Source: Candidatus Moraniibacteriota bacterium (GTDB lineage Bacteria > Patescibacteriota > Minisyncoccia > Moranbacterales > UBA1568). From it: a DNA stretch of 64,000 nucleotides. The DNA lies in NCBI GenBank assembly GCA_963778555.1, contig CAVZUR010000003.1, positions 117,704 to 181,703 on the forward strand. Reading direction: 5' to 3'. A program made the position numbers and the translations under genes. A model generated the notes under the pieces. The model was given only the letters and a program-made list of their open reading frames with translations, did not search any database and had not been told where the DNA came from. Positions 45,145 through 55,144 of the stretch are shown piece by piece; the first letter of the stretch is position 1; each line of letters begins with the position of its first letter.

Positions 45145-47720
45145 TAGGCGACAGACAGGCTACCGCTCGCCTCAGCCGTGTTGCCGTTTCGATCCTCGAG
45201 ACGGACTTTGACGCTGAGACTGGTATTGTTTTTGCTTGCGGGTATGGTGTATGAGATGGAAAAAGGCTTTTCATGGCGTTCTCCCACTACCTCGCTGTCA
45301 ACTGAAAAACTAACGTTTGAGACCCCATAGGGGGCGTTGACGTCGGCACTCAGTGTGACGGTATTTGAACTCGTTGAACTAGGGAGATTAAGCCCGATAG
45401 TGGGTTGGTATTTTTTGAAATCATCCGCTCCGCATTCTTTTTCTGGTGGCTCCTCAGCAATGACGCCCTTCTGTTTCTTATACCAGTCCTTCACTGCCTT
45501 CTCCCAGTTCTTGTACTGGGGATCAGCCTCTGGTTTTTCCGGAATACTCCCCCGCGGGTCATCACGCTTCACATAGTGGAGGATATCATGTGGTTCGACA
45601 AAATCGCGCTTTTCTGACTCCCCATCCGGGCAATATTTGTTCGCGAGGCAGTACTTGTTATCTTCCCCTGGGATTTCGCATACCTTCAGGTTTTGTTTTT
45701 CCTCAAGCTTTCCGCCCAGCATCGGTTTCTCTATATCCTCATTCTCATACTTTGGGAATCTTTCAGCCGCGGCGTTGACAAGCACTTTATCCAAAAAATC
45801 TCGCCAGATTGGGGCAGCTACAACTACCCCATCCGCCCCTTCAACCATCGGACGATTGTCGTTATTTCCTGCCCAAACACCAACAGCGAGTGACGGCGTA
45901 AACCCAATCGTCCAGCCATCCCGGAACTCATTTGTGGTGCCGGTTTTCGCAGCGACATCACGATTGTCAAAACGTAGCGGGCTGTTGTCTCCAAAAACCG
46001 GAGCCCGGAAATCATTGGTTGACATGATGTGTTCAAGCATTGTCACGTATTTTCCATCTATCACACGCTCTCCCACCTCTGAGCGGAACTCTTCAAGCGA
46101 GTTCCCTTTAGCGTCTTCAATCTTAAGGATCACAGCAAGGGGATGCTTGACCCCACCGGTGGCGAGGGTCGCGTAGGCATGGACATGGTCGAGGAGCCGG
46201 ACTTCGCCGCCTCCAAGGACGAGTGATAACCCAAGCCGGTCAGGGTTCTCCAGTCCCTGGATTCCGAGCCGCTTGGCCATCTCAATGGATTCTTTTACTC
46301 CGACGAGGTAGAGCGTCTTCACCGCCGGGATGTTGAGCGACTGAGCCAATGCTTCAGCCATTTTGAGTGGCCCCCGGAATTTCCCGTCGTAATTCTGAGG
46401 CTTATAACTTTTCCCTCCCACTGCTTCAAACCCAGTTTCCACATCGTACATGATGGTCTCGGGGGTGTAGCCTCTCACAAAAGCAGTGAGATACACATAG
46501 GGCTTGAAGGAGGATCCTGGTTGACGTTCGCGAATTGCCACGTTTACCTGGCCATCGATAGTTGTATCGAAATAATCCTTGGATCCGACCATAGAGAGCA
46601 CCTGGCCGCTTTTTGGGTCGATTGCGACGAGAGCAGCATTTTCAGCCTTATACCGCTCATTTTTCGCTGCTCCTGCACGCACCGCTTCTTCCGCCGCCGT
46701 CTGTTTGTCCCAGTCCAGAGTAGTGGTGACTCGATACCCCCCCTCTTCGACAGCTCGATCCCCATACTTTTCTTGGAGGTAGTCTTTAATGTACATGACA
46801 AAATGAGGCGCCGCGATGATATCTTTCTGCATGATGATCTTCTTGAGCGTGTCGGCGTTGATCGCTTCTTCGGCCTGTGCGTCGGTAATGTATCCTAGGC
46901 GTGCCATCTGCTGGAGCGCATAGGACTGCCGCCCCATGAGCGCTTCAGTATGGGAACCGTAGGGGGAATAGTAGGTGGTCGCTTGGGGTAAAGCGGCGAG
47001 GAGAGCGGCTTCATCGAGGCCGAGCTCGCGAGCTGATTTCCCAAAAAATGTCTGTGCCGCTGCCTCGATCCCATAGGCGTTTGATCCATACGGGATTTCG
47101 TTCAAATACATCTCTAAGATTTCATCCTTTGAGTATTTGGTCTCGAGTTCGAGCGCGAGTATCACCTCCTTCATTTTTCGCGACAGTGCCTTTTCATTCG
47201 TGAGGAGAGTGTTCTTCACAAGCTGTTGGGTGATAGTCGATCCACCCTGGGACTTGTCAAGCGTCACGATGTCTTTTAAAATCGCCCGGCCGATCGAGGA
47301 GAGTTTGATGCCGAAATGATTATAGAAATCTTGGTCCTCGAGTGAGATCGTCGCATATTTCACAACGTCCGGCATCTCCGAGAGGGAGATGACGGTTCGT
47401 TTCTCTTCGCCATGGACTTCATATAGCAGGTGAGTCCCTGAACGATCGTAAATCTTGGTCGATTCAGCGACGAAGCGATCCCGCACATTGCCTGGACTCG
47501 GGAGATCTTTGGCGATATACAGGAAGACCCCCAGTATCGCTGCACCACCTAGGCCGCTCGTGATAGCCAGCCCCCGCCAGATTTTTTTCCAAGGCCAGGG
47601 AGTTTTTGGCCCAGCGCTTTGAGGAGTACCCCCGCTTGACACTCGGCGCCGGAAACTCGGCCGTGAAAACATTGTTTTTGGGCTGAAATAAAGCATAAAG
47701 AGGCAACTCGTGTGCCTCAT
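45141..47720 (-). CDS. bifunctional penicillin-binding protein 1A (GT51 transglycosylase plus transpeptidase) with ~200-aa C-terminal extension
   Basis: GGSTITQQLVKN is the GT51 motif, and the transpeptidase motifs SSFKP and KTGT are present. An N-terminal TM anchor and a Ser/Thr-rich C-terminal domain flank them. Confidence 0.85.
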   Translation of the reverse strand: MRHTSCLFMLYFSPKTMFSRPSFRRRVSSGGTPQSAGPKTPWPWKKIWRGLAITSGLGGAAILGVFLYIAKDLPSPGNVRDRFVAESTKIYDRSGTHLLYEVHGEEKRTVISLSEMPDVVKYATISLEDQDFYNHFGIKLSSIGRAILKDIVTLDKSQGGSTITQQLVKNTLLTNEKALSRKMKEVILALELETKYSKDEILEMYLNEIPYGSNAYGIEAAAQTFFGKSARELGLDEAALLAALPQATTYYSPYGSHTEALMGRQSYALQQMARLGYITDAQAEEAINADTLKKIIMQKDIIAAPHFVMYIKDYLQEKYGDRAVEEGGYRVTTTLDWDKQTAAEEAVRAGAAKNERYKAENAALVAIDPKSGQVLSMVGSKDYFDTTIDGQVNVAIRERQPGSSFKPYVYLTAFVRGYTPETIMYDVETGFEAVGGKSYKPQNYDGKFRGPLKMAEALAQSLNIPAVKTLYLVGVKESIEMAKRLGIQGLENPDRLGLSLVLGGGEVRLLDHVHAYATLATGGVKHPLAVILKIEDAKGNSLEEFRSEVGERVIDGKYVTMLEHIMSTNDFRAPVFGDNSPLRFDNRDVAAKTGTTNEFRDGWTIGFTPSLAVGVWAGNNDNRPMVEGADGVVVAAPIWRDFLDKVLVNAAAERFPKYENEDIEKPMLGGKLEEKQNLKVCEIPGEDNKYCLANKYCPDGESEKRDFVEPHDILHYVKRDDPRGSIPEKPEADPQYKNWEKAVKDWYKKQKGVIAEEPPEKECGADDFKKYQPTIGLNLPSSTSSNTVTLSADVNAPYGVSNVSFSVDSEVVGERHEKPFSISYTIPASKNNTSLSVKVRLEDRNGNTAEASGSLSVAY

Positions 47721-47750
47721 TTATAGCACAGAAACGAGTCCGAAGGAAGA

Positions 47751-49133
47751 CTACCTCGAAAGAGTTTTCAAGTCTTGGTCAGTAATCCCGAGTTGATCCA
47801 GCACCCAGATATGGCGAGGATTACTTGGATCATACTTGCCGATATTCCAGCGCTGCATCTCAGGCTCATTCTTGTAGAGTGTCTCCCAGATAGCGATGTT
47901 CCCTTCGCGGTAGATGATGTCTTTGGTAAAACAAGCCCCGGGCGTTCGGCCATCAGTGCCTCGAAAGGTTCGAACTGTGCGGCCCCAGGCGCTGCTGGCT
48001 GCTTTCTTCTGGGCTAGGAGACCATCTTCCCCACGAGAGAGGTTTTTCACGAAGTAATATCGACGAAGAATGTCATAGGTTTCTCGGAAATCACGGGGAT
48101 GACCATCAAGACCAGTTGCAAGACTGATAGCGAAGTGACCGTCGAAACCTGAATAGTCTTCCGCTTCGCCCGCAAGCGCCTGTTCTCGGAGTGTTGCGAT
48201 CCCTTCCTCACCGCCTTCGTAGCGGTCGAGCCCCAACCCGAGTAGCTGCAGCTTGGTCCGTTCACCATTCAATCGTCGTGCTGTGTGCGTCCCGATCTCG
48301 TGTGCAATGAGTCCCTTGAGCTCGTTGACGGGCATCTTCCGCCCAGGCGGGACTTGAACCGCTTTCTTTTCCTGGTTCACGCTCACTCCAGTGCGCTTCG
48401 GATCAATGACGGCTATCCAGCCCTCGGCCGAGAGAGTCTCGAGTGCTGCCCCGAAAGCCAACCGGATTTCCTCATCGCTGAGCTCCCCATGCTCTTTCGG
48501 GAGCTTCAGGATATCCCCTAATGCAGTTTCTGTTTGATCTTTAACGCGTCCAAGGATTTCAGCTCGCGGCTTCTCTAGCGAGGAAGGCATACCCGCATCT
48601 GGCAGCGCATCCAAGAGTGAAGTGGCTTCTCGTCGTATGGTGTCGTTATCACTTCGCGCCAAGAGACCCTCAAGCTCCCCGCGAATCTGCCGAAGCGTGT
48701 ACGTAAAGATTTCCTCCGAAGGCTTCCCATAGATGAATTCAGAATAGCGACGGAAGCGCCGGGCATCACCTGTTGCTGCAGCTAACAACAGACGATTTTC
48801 TGCGATTTTTTCGTTCAAACGCCAGCGGTAGACGTTTCTGACGACCTCGTTTTTCTCTTGGGCGAGCACGCTTTCTTTCAAATCAAGCAGCTCATCATAT
48901 CGCTCGAGGAGTTGACCCTCATCTAAGAGGGGATAATCCAAGTCAGGATTTTCTTTTTCACCAGAGAGAAATACCGCCTTCTCTTTGGCGCGCACCGCAG
49001 CATCACCGTCGAGATACTCATAAGCCTGAAAAGCGCCGATTTCTTCGAAGCGAGCATACCACTCCTTATCGAGCGGTATCGGTTTGATATCGGTTTCAGC
49101 GTTTGTGTTCGGTAGTGGTGGTCGCTCGATCAT
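47751..49133 (-). CDS. DUF1704-family putative zinc metallo-carboxypeptidase (HEIGTH = HExxxH; QEGLA-family/MATCAP-like)
   Basis: The GLIAHEIGTHTARRLNGE motif is the key feature. This is the last gene of the ATP-grasp operon. Confidence 0.55.
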   Translation of the reverse strand: MIERPPLPNTNAETDIKPIPLDKEWYARFEEIGAFQAYEYLDGDAAVRAKEKAVFLSGEKENPDLDYPLLDEGQLLERYDELLDLKESVLAQEKNEVVRNVYRWRLNEKIAENRLLLAAATGDARRFRRYSEFIYGKPSEEIFTYTLRQIRGELEGLLARSDNDTIRREATSLLDALPDAGMPSSLEKPRAEILGRVKDQTETALGDILKLPKEHGELSDEEIRLAFGAALETLSAEGWIAVIDPKRTGVSVNQEKKAVQVPPGRKMPVNELKGLIAHEIGTHTARRLNGERTKLQLLGLGLDRYEGGEEGIATLREQALAGEAEDYSGFDGHFAISLATGLDGHPRDFRETYDILRRYYFVKNLSRGEDGLLAQKKAASSAWGRTVRTFRGTDGRTPGACFTKDIIYREGNIAIWETLYKNEPEMQRWNIGKYDPSNPRHIWVLDQLGITDQDLKTLSR

Positions 49134-49783
49134 GAGAGGGGGGAATTGATAAGATCAGTATACTGCATTAGCCTGAAGGGTTTGATCATTGCGCGGAAGC
49201 TCGAACCGCGGAGAAACTCAAGCTCAACCACACGCTCCTGATTATATGGGTAGCGGCAGCGCACATCCCTATAGCCAGGGTGGACAACGAGCTCAGAGAT
49301 CTGGTAGCCTCTTGCTTCACGGAGCCTTTTTTTGAGTATGTGTAGGCGCTCGGGGTGCCATGAAACGAAGTTGCCTGGCGTTGCCAGCCCGTTTTCTTTC
49401 AAAATGGCCCGGTCGACTGGAAAACGTGAGCGGACCGGGAGGCTGTAGCGCTTGGCAGCACGAATTGTCCAGTCAAGATTCTCGGAATGGAGATGCTTAT
49501 GCTGGTGACCATCAAGATACGCCGGAAGCCGGCCGAAACGCTCCCGGAAACGCTCAATTTGATCCTTGATTTCTTCAGGAGACGAAGCGGTTCGTAGTTC
49601 GAGGTGTAGGCCGAGCGGAATGCCAAACGCGAGCAATTCATTTCTTTTGATGTATTGCCGTTTTATCATTATAGAAATACCGGTAATTAATCGAGCACTG
49701 GCAAGCTCGAGTATTCCCTGGTTAAAAGAAGGAGACATCCCGTAATCATCCGCGGTGATGATAAGGGAGGGCCGGATCTTCAT
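49130..49783 (-). CDS. YdjC/ChbG-family carbohydrate deacetylase-like protein
   Basis: The N-terminal motif is IITADDYGMS. It has 4-bp overlaps with both neighbours. Confidence 0.65.
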   Translation of the reverse strand: MKIRPSLIITADDYGMSPSFNQGILELASARLITGISIMIKRQYIKRNELLAFGIPLGLHLELRTASSPEEIKDQIERFRERFGRLPAYLDGHQHKHLHSENLDWTIRAAKRYSLPVRSRFPVDRAILKENGLATPGNFVSWHPERLHILKKRLREARGYQISELVVHPGYRDVRCRYPYNQERVVELEFLRGSSFRAMIKPFRLMQYTDLINSPLS

Positions 49784-51720
49784 TTTTTTCTCTTAGCAGC
49801 GCGTTTGAGGGCGCTAAGGATAGCAAGATAAAGTTTCTCGATGTGTGGCCGCTCAGACTCGTCCGGATACAGGCCAGGCATAGTATTCAATTCTACGATC
49901 CAAGGGGTACCGTTTCGGTCGAACATGAGATCGATAGCGTATATTTTTTCCGAGAAATTAGCATAGTAATCTTGAATGGTCTTTACGATTGGCCACACAG
50001 CCGCCGGAATTTGTTCCTTCAGAACCATGGTCTGCATACCACCTTGAGCGAGATTGGCGAGATAGCTCCCTTTTTTTGGGGTGCGGTAATAGGAGTAAAC
50101 AAGATCATTGTTTGAAAAGATGAGCCGCAGATCGTGGAGCCCCGTCATAACACCCGGGATACCAGCCTCTGAATTGACGAATTCTTGGACCAGGATCGGG
50201 TATCTATGGGTCTCAAGCAGGAGCGCCTTTTTATCCAAGATGAGCACTCCCTCGCCGCTATTCCCGCGCTCTGGCTTCACAACTGCCATATGGCCTTGAA
50301 CTCGTCCAACACTATTTTTGAGCTCTGTCTGAGACGTAGCAACAAAGTATGGCTTAGCGAAGCGCTCAAAGGCACGGCTAACAGCGAGTTTGCTACCGGC
50401 GTGCTCGGAAAATTCTGGATGATTCACCATCGGAAACCAAGGGAGGAGGGACCTTTTTATTGGAAGCGTGGCCGGATTCATGGTGGATTTGTCATAAATA
50501 ACATCAGGAACAATCGAGTCTGTTAAGACCCAATCCTTGCCGTTCCAATGCCAGGCGAGATGGAAACGAGCTCTCTTTTTGTCGTACCAATTTGTCGAGC
50601 TTCGATAGAGTTTCACCCCCTCCCTTTGCGCGAGTTCTGCGAATGCCGTGTACGCAACACAAAGGGCTTTTTCTTGAAAGGCGAGTTTCCCCTCACCTCT
50701 GAAAGGAGTGAAAAGAATGACAACGCTAAGATACTGAGTCGGTTTCTTTTCAAGAGCGACTCGTTGGTCTGGTGTTGTAAGGGACTTCTTCAGTTCACGG
50801 AGGAGCCGCTTGTATACCCGCAACATGGTAGCCTTCTCGTCAGTTGGGAAAAACATACCAGGCATCGTGTTGTATTCGATCACCCATGGACGACCGGTTC
50901 CATCGAACATAACATCAATGGTGTAGGTTTTTTCAGTGAAGACAGCAAAGAGGTCGCGCGTGTCGCTGATGATAGGTTGGAGCGACTCGGGGAGTTTGCT
51001 ATTCGGGATAATTCTCATGCTTCCTCCTTGGGCGATATTCGCGAGAAACGACCCCTTCTTTGGTGTCCGAATATAGCTGTATACAAGCTCCTTACCAATA
51101 AACACCATCCGAAGGTCGTGGTATGTAGTCGTAAGACCGGGTATGCCCCCAGAGCTATCGATGAATTCCTGGACGATGACTGGGAAGGAGAGCTTGAGTT
51201 TCAAGGCTTCTTCTTTAGAAACTATGTAGACGCCAGTACCGCCACTGCCAATTATAGGCTTGATGACAATCTTGTCTCCAGTATACGTCTTGAGTAAACG
51301 TGCGAGACCCGCAACGCTGGAGATTTTCCGATACGGTTTAAAATGACGAGGAAGTCGACGGCTCATTTCATACTTATTGCTTGCAAAACGGGTGAATGCT
51401 GGATCATCGACAAACCGATACCGTGAAATAATCACAGCCCGGGTTGAATCATCATCCGAATCCCCGCTCGTTTTATCGTATACGAGATCGGGTTTCACCG
51501 GACCGGAGATGTGCCATACCCCGTCGACAAATTCCCATGATTTTTTAAAAATATCCCGATCCGTATCGTACCAATCGAGTGGCGCTCGGCAGAGATGGAG
51601 TCCTACCGTTTCACCGAGCGTATACAGCGTCTCATAGCAGCGCTGATACTTCACATCAGAAAAAGGTGTATGTGGCCCCGCATGGTGAGCGGTGTACAGA
51701 ATGAGGACTATCTTTTTCAT
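49780..51720 (-). CDS. tandem double ATP-grasp ligase (two RimK-like ATP-grasp domains, each preceded by a similar pre-ATP-grasp N-domain)
   Basis: Domain 1 has IVIKPIIGSGGTGVYIV and DVMFDGTGRPWVIEYNTMPG. Domain 2 has AVVKPERGNSGEGVLIL and DLMFDRNGTPWIVELNTMPG. Confidence 0.7.
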   Translation of the reverse strand: MKKIVLILYTAHHAGPHTPFSDVKYQRCYETLYTLGETVGLHLCRAPLDWYDTDRDIFKKSWEFVDGVWHISGPVKPDLVYDKTSGDSDDDSTRAVIISRYRFVDDPAFTRFASNKYEMSRRLPRHFKPYRKISSVAGLARLLKTYTGDKIVIKPIIGSGGTGVYIVSKEEALKLKLSFPVIVQEFIDSSGGIPGLTTTYHDLRMVFIGKELVYSYIRTPKKGSFLANIAQGGSMRIIPNSKLPESLQPIISDTRDLFAVFTEKTYTIDVMFDGTGRPWVIEYNTMPGMFFPTDEKATMLRVYKRLLRELKKSLTTPDQRVALEKKPTQYLSVVILFTPFRGEGKLAFQEKALCVAYTAFAELAQREGVKLYRSSTNWYDKKRARFHLAWHWNGKDWVLTDSIVPDVIYDKSTMNPATLPIKRSLLPWFPMVNHPEFSEHAGSKLAVSRAFERFAKPYFVATSQTELKNSVGRVQGHMAVVKPERGNSGEGVLILDKKALLLETHRYPILVQEFVNSEAGIPGVMTGLHDLRLIFSNNDLVYSYYRTPKKGSYLANLAQGGMQTMVLKEQIPAAVWPIVKTIQDYYANFSEKIYAIDLMFDRNGTPWIVELNTMPGLYPDESERPHIEKLYLAILSALKRAAKRKK

Positions 51721-51723
51721 AGC

Positions 51724-53136
51724 CTATTTCTTGCTGACGTCTACGAGAAAGGTACCGAGATTGCGTCGACCGATTATAGCCTGATACTGGAGTGATGATC
51801 GGTCCACGACGGTCGGGCTGGCCGAGATTATTTGGCTATCCATGATGATTGTCAAACCAATCTTCGGACGCATGCTCACGCCGTTTGAGGCAAAAACAAA
51901 AACGATGTCAGCGAGGTCGGGCAGATCTGAGCGAAGATATTTTTTCTTAAGCTCGTCCCGAAGGCGGTCACCTTCTTCCTGCGAGGCGGGGAGGATTGTT
52001 TCGATACCATCAAAATATTCCAGGACTTCGCTGAAGCCGAGTTCTTCAGCAAGCTCGCGGTCGATTGAACTGGAATCGGCGCCAGTATCAATCTTCGCCT
52101 CAACCTCTATTTCTTTCCCGTCCTTACCGACAAACTTCACTTTTTCAATTGTCCCGATGACGCGCTTGCCCGAGAGGCTCTCGATATTTTCTTCAATCTC
52201 GCCGCCGAAGAGATTCATGCCGACCCGGACGCCGTGGTCGACGCTTTTTATCTTAACTCCTTTCACTCGTTCGAGCCGCTCCCGTAACCCTGCCATATTG
52301 GCGAGCTGGATGGAAAGTCCGGGCCGAGCGTTCAGTTCCAGGATAACGGGCCCCTCGTCGCGGTCGATCGCGATGTCTGCGCCGAGAAAACCAAGGCCTG
52401 AAACCTCCTGGGCTTTTACAGCCATCGTAAGAATGTCTTTCCAACGAGGGATCTTGATACCAGAGAGGAGGAGTCGAGTCTCTGGGACATACTCGATGAG
52501 GCGGCCTTTACCGACAATTGCGGTAGTTGTGGTGCCGTTGGCCATATCGATACCGACACCTATGGCTCCTTGGTGAAGATTGGCTTTGCCACCCGAGTCC
52601 TTGGTGGGAAGACGTAGCATCGCCATCACCGGCACGCGGTTGAAAATAATAATACGAATATCGGGAATTCCTTTCCAGGTATATGGCTTGAAGAGCTTCA
52701 AGAGTTTCAGGCGTTCCTCGAAGAAGGCAATGTCTGGCTTGTTGGAAAGCGAGTAGGTCCCATCCAAGATATTCTCGATGTGGCTTTTCAGGTCGGCGAT
52801 GGTAATGAGATTGCCGTCAGCCTTCACCCAGGCGTCGTCACGGCCTTTCTTTCGGGCATACACAACTACAATGCCTTCCCCACCGAAGCCGCGATTCGGT
52901 TTGAGCGCAAAACTCTCGGGGAGTGATTGCCAATTGAAATGTTCAAGCTCGACAGGCGTGCGGATTTTCGCAATGAGCTTCGAGACGGGAAGGCTATTTT
53001 TTTTCAGCGCGACTTTGCAGCGAAGCTTCTGGTCAGCGAGACGCCGTCCGCGGGCGTGATTGTAGGGCCGCACATAATCAAGATTTCGGGCGTTCATCCC
53101 GAGAAGAGTGCGGCTTTGCGCGAGCCAGGAAAGCAT
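51724..53136 (-). CDS. RimK-related ATP-grasp (alpha-L-glutamate-ligase-like) fused to C-terminal retropepsin-like aspartyl protease domain (DTGA)
   Basis: LLGMNARNLDYV...FALKPNRGFGGEGIVVV...PVILELNARPG marks the ATP-grasp part. The C-terminal EVEAKIDTGADSSSID marks the retropepsin-like part. Start chosen at Met55 of the ORF. Confidence 0.7.
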   Translation of the reverse strand: MLSWLAQSRTLLGMNARNLDYVRPYNHARGRRLADQKLRCKVALKKNSLPVSKLIAKIRTPVELEHFNWQSLPESFALKPNRGFGGEGIVVVYARKKGRDDAWVKADGNLITIADLKSHIENILDGTYSLSNKPDIAFFEERLKLLKLFKPYTWKGIPDIRIIIFNRVPVMAMLRLPTKDSGGKANLHQGAIGVGIDMANGTTTTAIVGKGRLIEYVPETRLLLSGIKIPRWKDILTMAVKAQEVSGLGFLGADIAIDRDEGPVILELNARPGLSIQLANMAGLRERLERVKGVKIKSVDHGVRVGMNLFGGEIEENIESLSGKRVIGTIEKVKFVGKDGKEIEVEAKIDTGADSSSIDRELAEELGFSEVLEYFDGIETILPASQEEGDRLRDELKKKYLRSDLPDLADIVFVFASNGVSMRPKIGLTIIMDSQIISASPTVVDRSSLQYQAIIGRRNLGTFLVDVSKK

Positions 53137-53153
53137 AAGGAAGGAAGAAAGAA

Positions 53154-53813
53154 CTATGACTCCTGCTTCAGAATATGGCGGAAACGGAAGAGCTCCACCA
53201 AGCGGAGCCCTGACCACTTTCCGAGGCCAATATTGATGAGGAATGTCGCGAGTATTGCCCAGGGGTACTGGAGGAAGAATTCGCGGAGCGCGGGCCACCC
53301 GATGACAAAATAACCAATGATGGAGATAGCGAGTGTCTCACCAGCGAGAAACAGAGCCGTCTTCGTTCCCTGCTCGATCTGCGTTGCAATGAATTTTTCC
53401 GCGAGCGTGATGAGGATGAGTAAGGGGAAGATATCGACCGCAGCAAGACCAGTGCGCTTGAGTGAGGCTCCGAAAACGAGGATACCGAGCACAGTGATCG
53501 AAATGATCGAAAGCGTAATGGCAACGCGGGGGAGGTAGAGGAGTCGGAAGGAACGCAAGAGATACCGAGAAAGGATGCCCATCCCGATTACGGCGAAAAA
53601 GATAGCGATGCCATACTTCAACCCCTTCTCACCGAAGGCGAGAAACGCGAAGGTGATGATGGATGGTGTGTAGATGCCGAACGCCTTGATACCGACAATT
53701 TGCCGGAAGAAGGCGACGAGGGTCGCGATGACCGGCAGCATGAGGAGGAGATAGACAGTCTCCACGGGTACGCCAGCTCCCACGAAGTAATTGATGATCG
53801 GATGATAGCTCAT
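53154..53813 (-). CDS. 7-TM integral membrane protein (7TM partner of RimK-like/aspartyl-protease cassette)
   Basis: A 219-aa protein with seven hydrophobic helices, directly upstream of the ATP-grasp-protease gene on the same strand. Confidence 0.55.
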   Translation of the reverse strand: MSYHPIINYFVGAGVPVETVYLLLMLPVIATLVAFFRQIVGIKAFGIYTPSIITFAFLAFGEKGLKYGIAIFFAVIGMGILSRYLLRSFRLLYLPRVAITLSIISITVLGILVFGASLKRTGLAAVDIFPLLILITLAEKFIATQIEQGTKTALFLAGETLAISIIGYFVIGWPALREFFLQYPWAILATFLINIGLGKWSGLRLVELFRFRHILKQES

Positions 53814-53822
53814 ATACTCGTA

Positions 53823-54311
53823 TTATACTCTCCGTTTCGCGAAAGATGCATGGTGGATGTGGCAGAGTGCAATGGCGAGCGCGTCTGCGACGTCGTCGGG
53901 CTTCGGTATCGCTTTCAAATGAAGAATCTCTTTGGCCATGCGCTGGACCTGCTGCTTATCCGCCTTGCCGTAACCGGTGAGTGCTTGCTTCACTTGGAGC
54001 GGTGTGTAACCAGCGATACTAAGCCCAAAATCGGCTAATGTCAAGAGGAGCGCTCCCCGTGATTGAGCAACTGAGATGACCGTTTTCTGATTGTTGTAGA
54101 AAAAAAGGTCCTCAAGCGCGGCCTCATCCGGCGCATACTGCTGCACAATGTCTCGAATGTCGTCACGGATTTCCTGGAGTCGTTCGTGGAGTGCCAGTTC
54201 TTTTTTGGTCGAGATATGTCCATAGGCAATCGCCTCGGTATTTCCCTTTACGCTTTCCACAATCGCCCAGCCGACCGTCGCTGTGCCGGGATCAATGCCA
54301 AGGACACGCAT
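53823..54311 (-). CDS. ruvC: crossover junction endodeoxyribonuclease RuvC
   Basis: It begins MRVLGIDPGTATVGWAIVE and the catalytic D/E residues are present. Confidence 0.85.
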   Translation of the reverse strand: MRVLGIDPGTATVGWAIVESVKGNTEAIAYGHISTKKELALHERLQEIRDDIRDIVQQYAPDEAALEDLFFYNNQKTVISVAQSRGALLLTLADFGLSIAGYTPLQVKQALTGYGKADKQQVQRMAKEILHLKAIPKPDDVADALAIALCHIHHASFAKRRV

Positions 54312-54321
54312 ATTTTGAAAC

Positions 54322-55038
54322 TTAAGAAAGATTGTCCCAGACGGTTTGGACATCTTGGTGATCCTCGAGCTCCTCGAGGAAGACATTAAAAGCTTTTTGA
54401 GTTTCAGAATCGAGGGTCATGGTCTGGGTCGGCTTCCAGCCGAGCTGCGCCGCGGTCGGAGTGAGCTTTTGCGTTTCGAAAAACGCCTGGACCGTTTGCA
54501 GATGGTCAACTTCGGTATAGACGGTGAAGAATTCATCACTCACGGCGTAATCGAGCGCGCCGGATTCGATCGCGAGCTCTTCCAGCTTCTCGGTCGGAGC
54601 GGAGGTTTTATTGAAGGCCAGTAGGCCGACACGTTGGAACATGAAAGATACCGATCCAGCATTGCCGAGCTTGCCGCCTTTCTTCGTGAACAGAGACCGG
54701 AGTTCACTGACTGTGCGGTTCCGATTATCAGTCGTGGTCTCGACGAGGACAGCGACTTGGCCCGGGCCAAAACCTTCATACATGATTGATTCGATTTTTT
54801 CACCAATGAGTTCGCCAGTGCCGCGCTTGATGGCGCGCTCGATCCGATCTTTGGGCATGTTGAGGGCTCGGGCTTCGGTGATAGCGATTTTCAGGAGATA
54901 GTTCGAATCCGGGTTGCCGCCGCCTCGCTCTGCCGCCAGGATGATGTTGCGTCCGGCCTTGGTGAAGATAGCCGCGCGCTTGGCGTCATTCACACCTTTC
55001 TGGCGATGGGTAGTGGCCCAATGGGAGTGTCCTGACAT
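54322..55038 (-). CDS. yebC: YebC/PmpR-family probable transcriptional regulatory protein
   Basis: It begins MSGHSHWATTHRQKGVNDAKRAAIFTK. Confidence 0.9.
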   Translation of the reverse strand: MSGHSHWATTHRQKGVNDAKRAAIFTKAGRNIILAAERGGGNPDSNYLLKIAITEARALNMPKDRIERAIKRGTGELIGEKIESIMYEGFGPGQVAVLVETTTDNRNRTVSELRSLFTKKGGKLGNAGSVSFMFQRVGLLAFNKTSAPTEKLEELAIESGALDYAVSDEFFTVYTEVDHLQTVQAFFETQKLTPTAAQLGWKPTQTMTLDSETQKAFNVFLEELEDHQDVQTVWDNLS

Positions 55039-55144
55039 AATTTGAGAGGGTATGGATAAGGAATGATGAGCCATTCACTAGGGTGGCAAGAAAAACGGAG
55101 CCTCTGCTCCACTTCTTATCACATCTGGTTGGAAAATGGAACGT

